In this document: piece after piece, positions 26,961 to 34,655 of the stretch | Layout of the letters: each line of letters begins with the position of its first letter | How positions within the stretch are numbered: the stretch's first letter is position 1 | NCBI GenBank assembly: GCA_029259175.1 | Contig: JAPDJH010000010.1 | Coordinates: forward strand, 1 to 37,364 | Reading direction: 5' to 3' | Source of the DNA: Hadesarchaea archaeon | Lineage (GTDB): Archaea; Hadarchaeota; Hadarchaeia; Hadarchaeales; Hadarchaeaceae | Length of the DNA stretch: 37,364 nt | The notes under the pieces: model-generated | Told to the model about the DNA's origin: nothing | The model's input: the letters and a program-made list of their open reading frames with translations, nothing else | Database searches by the model: none | Program-made: the position numbers and the translations under genes

Positions 26961-28210
26961 AGGCGAAAGCAAGATTGAGCGTGGACGAGCGCTGGGAGCT
27001 TGTCGATGAGATCTCCAAACGGGTTGTTCTGCGGGGAAAATACAAGCACACCCTCAAGGACGTTCTCTCCGACCTGAGCGTCCGTCCGGCCACTGGAATT
27101 CCCTTTATGATTGCCGTTCTGTACGGATTCTGGATGTTCTTTGGCGCCTTTGCCGGATTCTTCACAGACGGGTTGGCCGTGCCGTTTTTCGACGACCACT
27201 ACCTGCCGGCTCTCCAGGGGGCTTTTCCGGGAGCGGGGCCCACCATGGCGGAAAGCAGCCCTCTGTACATGATTTTGGTAGGGGACCCCAATGCGACCAA
27301 TTGTTTCGAAGCCTTCGGCGTTCTGACTTCGGCACTCTTTGTGGCGTTCGGTGTAGTTTTGCCGGCGATAGTCGCGTTCTACCTCATTCTCACCATTCTA
27401 GAGGACTGTGGTTATCTTCCTAGGCTGGCCACTTTGGCGGACACTGTTCTCCACAAGATAGGTCTCCACGGATTCGCGATAGTGCCCACCATTCTGTCTC
27501 TAGGATGTAACGTTCCGGCAGTCTACGGGTGCAGGGTTCTGGAAACTAAAAAGCAACGGTTTATGATGATGACCCTCCTCGGCGTTTTCATTCCGTGTGC
27601 AGCTCAAATCGGCATCATGAGAGAGCTCATTCCCCAGTACACTGGTCTCATACTCATCTACCTTTTCTTTGGGTTTTTTGCGATGGGTGCTCTTCTAAAT
27701 AAACTGATTCCCGGGCGATCTCCAGAAATCCTCATCGATGTCCCTCCCTATCGCTCACCCCAGCGGAGCAACGTGTTGAGGAAACTAGGGTTGCGCGTGA
27801 GACACTTCCTCAAAACAGCGGTTCCCTTCGTGATTCTCGGCGTTGTGGTGGTGAACCTGTTGTACTGGACAGGGGTGATAGATTGGCTGAGCCGAGTGAC
27901 CGAGCCCCTGTTCGTTGTTTGGTTCGGTGTTCCGGCGGCAACAGTGGGGGCGCTGGTGATGGCGTTCATGCGAAAGGACATGGCGGTTGGCATGCTGGGC
28001 GGACTGGCAAGCGCGGGGGTGTTGAGCACCGGTCAGCTGATCACCTCCGTGGTTCTCGTCTCCATATACTTTCCCTGCTTGGCCACCTTCATAATGATCT
28101 GGAAGGAAGGGGGAACGCGAGACCTGCTGAAATCGCTGGGAGTCTTGGCAACATCCTTCTTCGTATTTGGAGGACTCATGCACGCAATAGTGACGCTGGC
28201 GGGGGTTTGA
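26957..28210 (+). CDS. feoB: FeoB membrane domain (stand-alone)
   Basis: LEDCGYLPRLA, LGCNVPA, IPCAAQ, PPYRSP and YFPCLAT gate motifs. Confidence 0.92.
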   Translation: MKAKARLSVDERWELVDEISKRVVLRGKYKHTLKDVLSDLSVRPATGIPFMIAVLYGFWMFFGAFAGFFTDGLAVPFFDDHYLPALQGAFPGAGPTMAESSPLYMILVGDPNATNCFEAFGVLTSALFVAFGVVLPAIVAFYLILTILEDCGYLPRLATLADTVLHKIGLHGFAIVPTILSLGCNVPAVYGCRVLETKKQRFMMMTLLGVFIPCAAQIGIMRELIPQYTGLILIYLFFGFFAMGALLNKLIPGRSPEILIDVPPYRSPQRSNVLRKLGLRVRHFLKTAVPFVILGVVVVNLLYWTGVIDWLSRVTEPLFVVWFGVPAATVGALVMAFMRKDMAVGMLGGLASAGVLSTGQLITSVVLVSIYFPCLATFIMIWKEGGTRDLLKSLGVLATSFFVFGGLMHAIVTLAGV

Positions 28211-28211
28211 G

Positions 28212-28634
28212 ATGAGCGGGTACGCGTTTGCCAAAGTGTATTTTGGAGTGCTTGGCGCGACAATTCTGCTTTTTGGAATTCTCCAGTTCTCCACAGGCCT
28301 TTTCGGGCCTGAACTCTCAGCCGGAATTCTCACAGTCCCCCAAGACGTGTGGAGCGGGCTCATCCTGTTTTTTGCTGGTCTCTTCGTAATCGACGGGGCC
28401 CTCAAGCTCCACGACATTCATGGGCTTGGAAAAGCAGTAATGGGGTCGATTATGCTGTGGATCGTCGCCGGGTGTGATATCTTCGCTAGAATAATGACTC
28501 CGATCTTCGGCGAGGAGGGATGGGTGAACGCGCCAAATGGCTTTCTGAGCGTGTTCGAGCCCCCCTATGCCCCGGCGTTGTTTTTGCTTCCCTTTTCGCT
28601 GCTCATAGTGCACTTCATGAGAAAGTCCGGGTGA
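28212..28634 (+). CDS. hypothetical 4-TM membrane protein in the feo operon
   Basis: Four hydrophobic segments and tight coupling to feoB. Confidence 0.75.
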   Translation: MSGYAFAKVYFGVLGATILLFGILQFSTGLFGPELSAGILTVPQDVWSGLILFFAGLFVIDGALKLHDIHGLGKAVMGSIMLWIVAGCDIFARIMTPIFGEEGWVNAPNGFLSVFEPPYAPALFLLPFSLLIVHFMRKSG

Positions 28635-28641
28635 GAAGGCG

Positions 28642-28899
28642 ATGATAAAGAAAGTTTTGCGCAGGATCAGGGAAGGGGGTGAGATGAGCACGGTGGCGCG
28701 GGATCTCGGTCTTGAGCGAGGCACCCTTCAAGCAATTCTTGAGATGGCAGTGAAGGAAGGGTATGTGGAGAAAGTGGAGCCCGCGTTGGGATGCGCTAAT
28801 TGTTCTTTCTGGAAGACGTGCGTGCAGCGAGGCGAGCAAGCTGAGAAAGCGAGGATGCATGTTTTGACACCCAAAGGGGAGGAATTCGCAAACACTTGA
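28642..28899 (+). CDS. FeoC-like winged-helix protein
   Basis: wHTH (VARDLGL...LEMAVKEGYVEK) with CANC...C in the wing. Last gene of the feo operon. Confidence 0.75.
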   Translation: MIKKVLRRIREGGEMSTVARDLGLERGTLQAILEMAVKEGYVEKVEPALGCANCSFWKTCVQRGEQAEKARMHVLTPKGEEFANT

Positions 28900-28923
28900 A
28901 ACGGCAAAAGCAAACCGAAAGTC

Positions 28924-28950
28924 TTTTATAGGATTATGTGCAATAGCACA
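28924..28950 (+). promoter_or_regulatory. TATA box plus palindromic operator TGTGC-AATA-GCACA
   Basis: TTTTATA at 28924-28930 and palindrome at 28937-28950, just before the Trp-rich gene. Confidence 0.6.
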
Positions 28951-28968
28951 AATTGAAGGTGGTCCAGC

Positions 28969-29232
28969 ATGTGGTGGCCTTGGTATGGTTGGGGCAGAGG
29001 CTGGGGCGGACGCGGATGGTTCGGTCCCTGGCCAGGCAGAGGTCCTTTCAGCTACCTGCCTCCGTGGCTGAGACCAGGATGGCTATTCGGCAGAGGCGCC
29101 TGCTGGTGGCTCTTCGGTCCATGGGCGACCTGGTGGGGATACCCGTTGACGTACAGCTACTGGTACCCCTGGGCGTACAGTTACTGGTACCCGTGGATTT
29201 ATAGCTACGGCGTACCCTATCTCTACTGGTGA
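28969..29232 (+). CDS. Trp/Tyr/Gly/Pro-rich small protein (DUF5320-associated type)
   Basis: RBS-like AAGGTGG and a promoter upstream. GRGPFSYLPPWLRPGWLFGRGACWW segment and 24-bp repeats encoding YSYWYPW. Confidence 0.75.
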   Translation: MWWPWYGWGRGWGGRGWFGPWPGRGPFSYLPPWLRPGWLFGRGACWWLFGPWATWWGYPLTYSYWYPWAYSYWYPWIYSYGVPYLYW

Positions 29233-29242
29233 GGTGACAGCG

Positions 29243-29545
29243 ATGTGGTGGTGGCCACGGGGATGGCGCTGGATGTGGTTCATGAACCCGTACGCGATGT
29301 ACCCGGTATATCCACAAACCCAGCAGCCCACACAGACGGCCCAGCAACCGGCTCAACAGACTCCGGTCGCACCCTACTATCCTCCAGCTCCAGTGTTCTT
29401 TCCTCCACCGCCTCCACCCGAGCAGGAACTTGAAATGTTGGAGGCCTACAAAGCTGAGCTGGAAGAGGAGCTCAAAGGGATCGAGGCGCGGATAAAGGAG
29501 CTGAAAGATCAGCTGGGGAAGAGTTCGTCCTCTAGCGGGACGTGA
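29243..29545 (+). CDS. DUF5320-like protein (low-complexity N-terminus, C-terminal coiled coil)
   Basis: GAGGTG RBS and EQELEMLEAYKAELEEELKGIEARIKELK. Confidence 0.8.
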   Translation: MWWWPRGWRWMWFMNPYAMYPVYPQTQQPTQTAQQPAQQTPVAPYYPPAPVFFPPPPPPEQELEMLEAYKAELEEELKGIEARIKELKDQLGKSSSSSGT

Positions 29546-29549
29546 TCCG

Positions 29550-29900
29550 GTGAAGCTGAAGATAGCGGTGGCAAGCCGGGGCACCCAGGGGTTAGCAGAT
29601 GAAGTTCCGGAGGTATTCGGAAGAGCCAAGATGTTCACAATCATCGAGGTGGAAGACGGAAAAATCAAGCGAGTAGAGAGCGTGGAGAATCCAGCCGCGA
29701 CTTACGAGTACGGTGCGGGCCCCATTGCCATCAAGTTCCTGGCGGACCTGGGCGTCGGGGTGGCGGTGGGCGCCGAATTCGGAGTGGGTGTTTCCACTCT
29801 GTTGGCTGACAAGAACATCAGGACCGTGAGGGCGCCTCCAGGGACAAAAGTTGGAGATGTCGTAGACAAGATTATAAGAGAGGCGGTTCAAGAGGGATAG
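29550..29900 (+). CDS. NifB/NifX-family (FeMo-cofactor-binding fold) protein
   Basis: KIAVAS...VFGRAKMFTIIEVE...VENPA...GAG. Confidence 0.9.
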   Translation: MKLKIAVASRGTQGLADEVPEVFGRAKMFTIIEVEDGKIKRVESVENPAATYEYGAGPIAIKFLADLGVGVAVGAEFGVGVSTLLADKNIRTVRAPPGTKVGDVVDKIIREAVQEG

Positions 29901-29906
29901 AGCCTT

Positions 29907-30761
29907 ATGAGAATAGCGATCCCTTCCAACAGGCCTGGAGGACTAGAGGCGACGGTTTCTCCACATTTCGGTCGATGCGAGGTGTTCACCTTGGTGGAAA
30001 TCAAGGACGGGAAAATCGCGAAAGTCGAAGTGATGGAGAACCAAGGAGTCCATTCTGGTTACGGACAGACACCTGCCGAGATTCTGGCATCTCGGGGGGT
30101 CGATGCAATTCTGGCGCAAGGGATGGGTCCCAAAGCCATGCAGCTTTTTGCCCAGCGCGGGATAGCGGTTTACATGACTTCAGCCAAGACTGTGGACGAG
30201 GCAGTGAAGGAGATCTTGGAAGACAGGGCAAAACTAGCATCGCTGGAGGACGCCTGTCGAGAAGCTCATGGTTTTGAGCCGCCAGCACCTGCTTTCCCCC
30301 CCATGACGGGGTTCGGGATGGGACGAGGAATGGGCAGAGGGATGGGGAGAGGGCTCGGTCCCTTTGGCTTCCCGCCCATGCCCCCTTACCCGCCAGCCCG
30401 ACCGCCGTCTCCTCCTTCCGGGAGATTCAAGGTCGCTGTAGCCAGCCAAGGGCGGGGAGGATTGGACGATCTCGTTTCCCCCATGTTCGGGAGGGCGCCG
30501 AGTTTCACTCTGGTGGAAGTGGAAGGAAACGAAATCAAGGGAGTACGTGTTTTGCCCAACCAGATGATCTCGGCCCCCAGCGGGGTTGGAATCGCAATTA
30601 CTCAGATGTTGGCCAACGAGGGTGCGAGCTATCTGGTTGCCGGGAGGTTTGGCCCCAACGCCACAGCTGTGGCCGCCCAGTTCGGTATCCAGACCGTCAT
30701 GGTTCCCCCGGGGATCAAGGTGAGAGACGCTGTTTTGCAGTACGTGCTGAAATCCCGCTGA
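29907..30761 (+). CDS. tandem two-domain NifB/NifX-family protein with Gly-Met-Gly-Arg/Pro linker
   Basis: HFGRCEVF and MFGRAPSF domains joined by GFGMGRGMGRGMGRGLG. Confidence 0.9.
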   Translation: MRIAIPSNRPGGLEATVSPHFGRCEVFTLVEIKDGKIAKVEVMENQGVHSGYGQTPAEILASRGVDAILAQGMGPKAMQLFAQRGIAVYMTSAKTVDEAVKEILEDRAKLASLEDACREAHGFEPPAPAFPPMTGFGMGRGMGRGMGRGLGPFGFPPMPPYPPARPPSPPSGRFKVAVASQGRGGLDDLVSPMFGRAPSFTLVEVEGNEIKGVRVLPNQMISAPSGVGIAITQMLANEGASYLVAGRFGPNATAVAAQFGIQTVMVPPGIKVRDAVLQYVLKSR

Positions 30762-30770
30762 GGTGAACCC

Positions 30771-31670
30771 TTGAAAGAAATCGTGGTGGCTAGCGGAAAG
30801 GGGGGAGTGGGTAAGACTACGGTGGCCTCCTCGCTCGCCGTGTACTTGGCCAAGAACGGAAAGCGTGTTTATACAGCGGACGTTGACGTCGACGCACCCG
30901 ATTTGCTCTTGGCGTTGGGCGGCGGGAAGGAGACTCTCTTTTCTATGGAAGTGCAGGCCTCGAAGAAAGCCAAGGTGGACCAAGAGAAGTGTGTGGGGTG
31001 CTGGAGATGCGTGGAGATCTGTCCGTTCGGGGCGATGCTGAAATCCCCCAGCGGAAAGGCGGCTGTTGCCACTCTCATGTGCGAGGGATGTGGGGTCTGC
31101 AAACTTGTTTGCCCGGCGGACGCGATCACGGTGGAAAAAGCAGAGACCGGGAGAATAACGATTGAAAGAACGAAATACGGTTTTGAGTGTGTGACCGGAA
31201 AGCTGAAGCTTGGCGAGCACAACTCGGGCCTTTTGGTTTCTCACATCAGAAACCTGGCTCGAAGGAAGGCTCAGGATGCGGGGTGCAAAGCCGTAATCGT
31301 GGATGCGGCCCCAGGAATAGGGTGCCCAGTGATAGCTTCGGTCACGGGCGCGGATTACGTCATCGCGGTGACCGAGCCCACCCCGGCTGCCAAGAGGAAT
31401 TTTGAAAGGCTCTCAAGAGTGGTAAAGCACTTCCAGGTGCCGGCGGGTGTCGTGATAAACATGGCGGGGTACTCCAAGGATTTTGAGAGTGCTCTCAGGA
31501 AGTGGGCGGTGGGCGAGCTGGGTTTCCAGTTTCTCGGCGAGGTTCCGGTGGATCGCGAGGTCGTCAAAGCGTTGGTCCAGATGAAGCCGATCATCGACTT
31601 CAATCCCGAAGCCGAGGCATCCAAGGCTTTGCTGGAAATTGCCAAACGGGTGGAGAGTGAAGTCCTGTGA
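30771..31670 (+). CDS. MinD-superfamily P-loop ATPase with inserted 2x[4Fe-4S] ferredoxin (COG1149-type)
   Basis: SGKGGVGKT, DVDVD, CVGCWRCVEICP, CEGCGVCKLVCP, PGIGCP and VTEPT. Confidence 0.92.
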   Translation: MKEIVVASGKGGVGKTTVASSLAVYLAKNGKRVYTADVDVDAPDLLLALGGGKETLFSMEVQASKKAKVDQEKCVGCWRCVEICPFGAMLKSPSGKAAVATLMCEGCGVCKLVCPADAITVEKAETGRITIERTKYGFECVTGKLKLGEHNSGLLVSHIRNLARRKAQDAGCKAVIVDAAPGIGCPVIASVTGADYVIAVTEPTPAAKRNFERLSRVVKHFQVPAGVVINMAGYSKDFESALRKWAVGELGFQFLGEVPVDREVVKALVQMKPIIDFNPEAEASKALLEIAKRVESEVL

Positions 31671-32593
31671 AGGAGCTGAGGAAAAAACCGGTCGAGACTC
31701 CCATAATCGCCGTGACCGGAGGGAAGGGCGGGACCGGAAAGAGCACTGTGGCGGTGAATCTGGCAGCGGGGTTGAGCGCCAGGGGGCTGAAGGTAATGCT
31801 TGTGGATGTGGATGTGGACGGGCCCAGCTGTGCAACGCTGCTCGGGGTGCGGCTCGAAGGGGGTGAGGAGGTCAAGACGTTTGTCCCCAAGATTGAAGCC
31901 TCCAAATGCACGGGGTGCAGAAGGTGTGTGGAGATTTGTCCCGAACACGCGTTGGTGGGGCTCCAGGGACAGGTTCCCAAACTTTTCGAAGAATTGTGTT
32001 CTGGGTGTAAGGCCTGCCAGCTGGTCTGCGAGCCGAAAGCGATTGAAAATGGGTGGAAAAAAATTGGAAACATCTACACCCACAGGACAAATGGTTTGGG
32101 GTTGATCGTCGGCGAGCTGAGACCCACTGAGCCGAGATCCCCTGTGATGGCTCGCGCCACAGTGATGAAAGCCCTCGAAGAGCTGAAAACCCATAAGTAT
32201 GATGTGGCAATCCTCGACACCGCTCCCGGGGTTCACAACGCCGTGGCCCAGCCGCTCTGGGTCGCCGATCTGGCTCTGGCGGTGACCGAGCCTACGCCGC
32301 TGGGCACGCATGATCTGAACTTTATCCTAGACCTCGCTCGAGAACTGGGCTTACCGGCCGAAGTAGTTCTGAACAAGGCCGATATCCCGGGCGGGTTGAG
32401 GGAGGAGGCTCTGAGACTTGCGCGTGAGCGGGGAGTGGAGGTGGTGGCTGAGATTCCTTTGGACACCGAACTCTTGCGTTCTTACATGGCAGGCGAGCCT
32501 CTCGTAAAAGTCAATCCGGCTTCACCTGCTGGGAGAGCCCTAGGGGCTTTGATCCAGAAGATCGAAAGTAGATTGAAGGGAGGTGAGGTGTAG
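31667..32593 (+). CDS. second MinD-superfamily ATPase with inserted ferredoxin (COG1149-type)
   Basis: GGKGGTGKS, CTGCRRCVEICP, CSGCKACQLVC and VTEPTPLG.HDL. Confidence 0.92.
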   Translation: MKELRKKPVETPIIAVTGGKGGTGKSTVAVNLAAGLSARGLKVMLVDVDVDGPSCATLLGVRLEGGEEVKTFVPKIEASKCTGCRRCVEICPEHALVGLQGQVPKLFEELCSGCKACQLVCEPKAIENGWKKIGNIYTHRTNGLGLIVGELRPTEPRSPVMARATVMKALEELKTHKYDVAILDTAPGVHNAVAQPLWVADLALAVTEPTPLGTHDLNFILDLARELGLPAEVVLNKADIPGGLREEALRLARERGVEVVAEIPLDTELLRSYMAGEPLVKVNPASPAGRALGALIQKIESRLKGGEV

Positions 32594-32787
32594 TGGCTCA
32601 ACTGTCCGGAAGACCGCCTGTTAAAAGGTTCAGATGCTTCGCGTGCGGAAATGTTGTCGAAGTGCCTCAGGGGGTTCCCAAACCGCCCGCCTGCCCTCGG
32701 TGTGGCGCTCCGGCGGCAATGATTCACAGAATCGATAAGGGGCCGCCCGGTGGAAGGCGAGGTGGAGGGCCACGCTGGACGCGGTGA
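32593..32787 (+). CDS. small zinc-ribbon/rubredoxin-like protein with Gly-Arg tail
   Basis: CFACG...CPRCG, GAGGTG RBS and coupled overlaps with both neighbours. Confidence 0.75.
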   Translation: MAQLSGRPPVKRFRCFACGNVVEVPQGVPKPPACPRCGAPAAMIHRIDKGPPGGRRGGGPRWTR

Positions 32788-33101
32788 GTGAGATGGCGGA
32801 TGCGGAAAAGATTCGGTTGGAGCTGGCATCGATTCGTCATCCAGAGATAAACGCTTCTTTCAAAGAACTGGGGATGATCGCAGACGTGAGGGTAAAAAAG
32901 AGCACCGCCGTGGTCACGTTGAAATTACCCTTCAAAGAGGTCCCCATACGGGATCTCCTAGTTAAAAAAGTGAAAGATGCCATAAAGCGGATAGACGAAA
33001 ATTTGAAAGTGATGATGAATTTTGAGGAAATGAATGAGAAGGAGAGAAAAAATTTCTTCGGAATAGCCCGAGAACGCTGGACCGGTCTGAGGAAAGAGTG
33101 A
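32784..33101 (+). CDS. DUF59 (FeS assembly P / SufT-like) protein lacking the usual Cys
   Basis: LASIRHPEINASFKELGMI.DV.V N-terminal DUF59 signature. Confidence 0.78.
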   Translation: MSEMADAEKIRLELASIRHPEINASFKELGMIADVRVKKSTAVVTLKLPFKEVPIRDLLVKKVKDAIKRIDENLKVMMNFEEMNEKERKNFFGIARERWTGLRKE

Positions 33102-33105
33102 TGGG

Positions 33106-33957
33106 ATGAAAATCTATCTTGAATGTATCCCGTGCTTTTTAAGGCAAGCTTTGGAAGCGAGCAAAATGGCTACCCGCGATCCAGCTAGGCGGGAACTGGC
33201 GGTTAGGGAAGTCTTGCGTCGACTGGGAAAAATTTCTTTCAGGGATAAGACTCCGCCAGAGATAGGCTACGTGGTACACCGGGTTGTGAGAAAGGTCACA
33301 GGCAACCCAGATCCGTACAAGAAAGTGAAAGATGAATTTAATCGCAAAGCCCAGCGGATGTATCCAAGTCTAAAAGATAAGGTGGAGAAGTCGCGGCACC
33401 GGTTGCTTACGGCCACCAAGATCGCGATTGCTGGGAATATCATTGATTTCGGGCCAACTTCGAAGTTTGACCTCGAGTCCACGATTCGAGAGGTTCTCTC
33501 AAGCGGATTTACCATAGATCACTTCAAGCTCTTTGAGAAAGCCTTGGAAAAGGCGGAAACGGTGGCGTATTTGGGGGACAATGCCGGGGAGATCGTTTTT
33601 GACCGAGTACTTTTAGAAGAGCTGGAGGGGAAACAAATTACATTTGTTGTCAAAGGCGGGCCGCACATCAATGACGCAACTGTTGCGGATGCAAAATTTG
33701 CAGGGATTCACGAGATTGCCGAAATAAAGACGGTGAGCAACGGGGAGCCGGGAACGGGGCCGAGGAGAAATTCTAAACGCTTCATTAGCTGGTTAAAAAC
33801 GCGAGATGTTGTGATAAGCAAGGGGCAGGGGAACTACGAGTCCTTGAGTGAAGCGGATGCCAATATCTTCTTTCTGCTGAGGGTGAAGTGCCCCATGATA
33901 GCCCGCGATATCGGTGCCCCTGTGGGGAGCACCGTTGTCAAGAGCGTGAAAAGATGA
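33106..33957 (+). CDS. DUF89 / ARMT1-like damage-control metal-dependent phosphatase
   Basis: ECIPC, DPY, AGNIIDFG, DNAGEIVFD, INDAT, SKGQGNYESL and VKC. Confidence 0.93.
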   Translation: MKIYLECIPCFLRQALEASKMATRDPARRELAVREVLRRLGKISFRDKTPPEIGYVVHRVVRKVTGNPDPYKKVKDEFNRKAQRMYPSLKDKVEKSRHRLLTATKIAIAGNIIDFGPTSKFDLESTIREVLSSGFTIDHFKLFEKALEKAETVAYLGDNAGEIVFDRVLLEELEGKQITFVVKGGPHINDATVADAKFAGIHEIAEIKTVSNGEPGTGPRRNSKRFISWLKTRDVVISKGQGNYESLSEADANIFFLLRVKCPMIARDIGAPVGSTVVKSVKR

Positions 33958-33982
33958 ACGAGTAACAGTGAGGTGCATCTCT

Positions 33983-34522
33983 ATGAGGATTGTGTATGTT
34001 TCAGGAAGTCCGAGAAAAAACAGCAATACAGATTACCTTTTAAAGTCCGTATTATCGGTAGCTAGTGGGCGATTTGTAAAGCTTTCAGATTACCGAATAG
34101 AGCCTTGCAATTCCTGCAGGACATGCCAAAAGCTAGGTAAGTGTGTAATTGACGATGACATGAGCAACGTTATTCTACCAATGCTCCTGAAGGCCGATGC
34201 GATTGTTTTGGGCAGTCCGGTTTATTTCAATAACGTGTCCGCTCAAACTAAAGCTTTTATGGACCGTACATGGTGTGTTAGGGGACAACTTAGGAACAAG
34301 ATTGGTGGTGCGGTCGTTGTTGGTCGAAGATATGGAATAGAAAGCGCTATCACCGCTATTAATTCATTTTTTCTTAAACATGAAATGATTCCAGCAAACA
34401 GGGGGGTTTGTGGAATAGCCTTTGAAGAAGGGGAAATAATAAAAGATAGAGAAGCCATTGAAGCGGCCAAAAAACTTGGTGAGCGTATAAAGGAACTTGG
34501 AAAAATGAAAGGCACAAAATAA
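33983..34522 (+). CDS. iron-sulfur flavoprotein / flavodoxin-like NADPH-dependent FMN reductase
   Basis: SGSPRKNSNT, CNSCRTC-x5-C, GSPVYF and KAFMDR. Confidence 0.9.
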   Translation: MRIVYVSGSPRKNSNTDYLLKSVLSVASGRFVKLSDYRIEPCNSCRTCQKLGKCVIDDDMSNVILPMLLKADAIVLGSPVYFNNVSAQTKAFMDRTWCVRGQLRNKIGGAVVVGRRYGIESAITAINSFFLKHEMIPANRGVCGIAFEEGEIIKDREAIEAAKKLGERIKELGKMKGTK

Positions 34523-34655
34523 CAAGGGCTGTTTTTTGAGTGAGATAGTTTCGCTCTTTTTTAATCTGGTTGATTTTATCAGAAGAAACAAACTTTATCT
34601 TTTGTGTCATTGCTATAAATAGAGGTGTAAAGAATGAAAATTTTCTGATTTTCGG

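Noticed and set aside
29550-32593. Nitrogen fixation genes or cell-division MinD
   Set aside because: No nifH/D/K/E/N and no radical-SAM NifB domain. The ATPases carry ferredoxin inserts typical of COG1149, not MinD proper.
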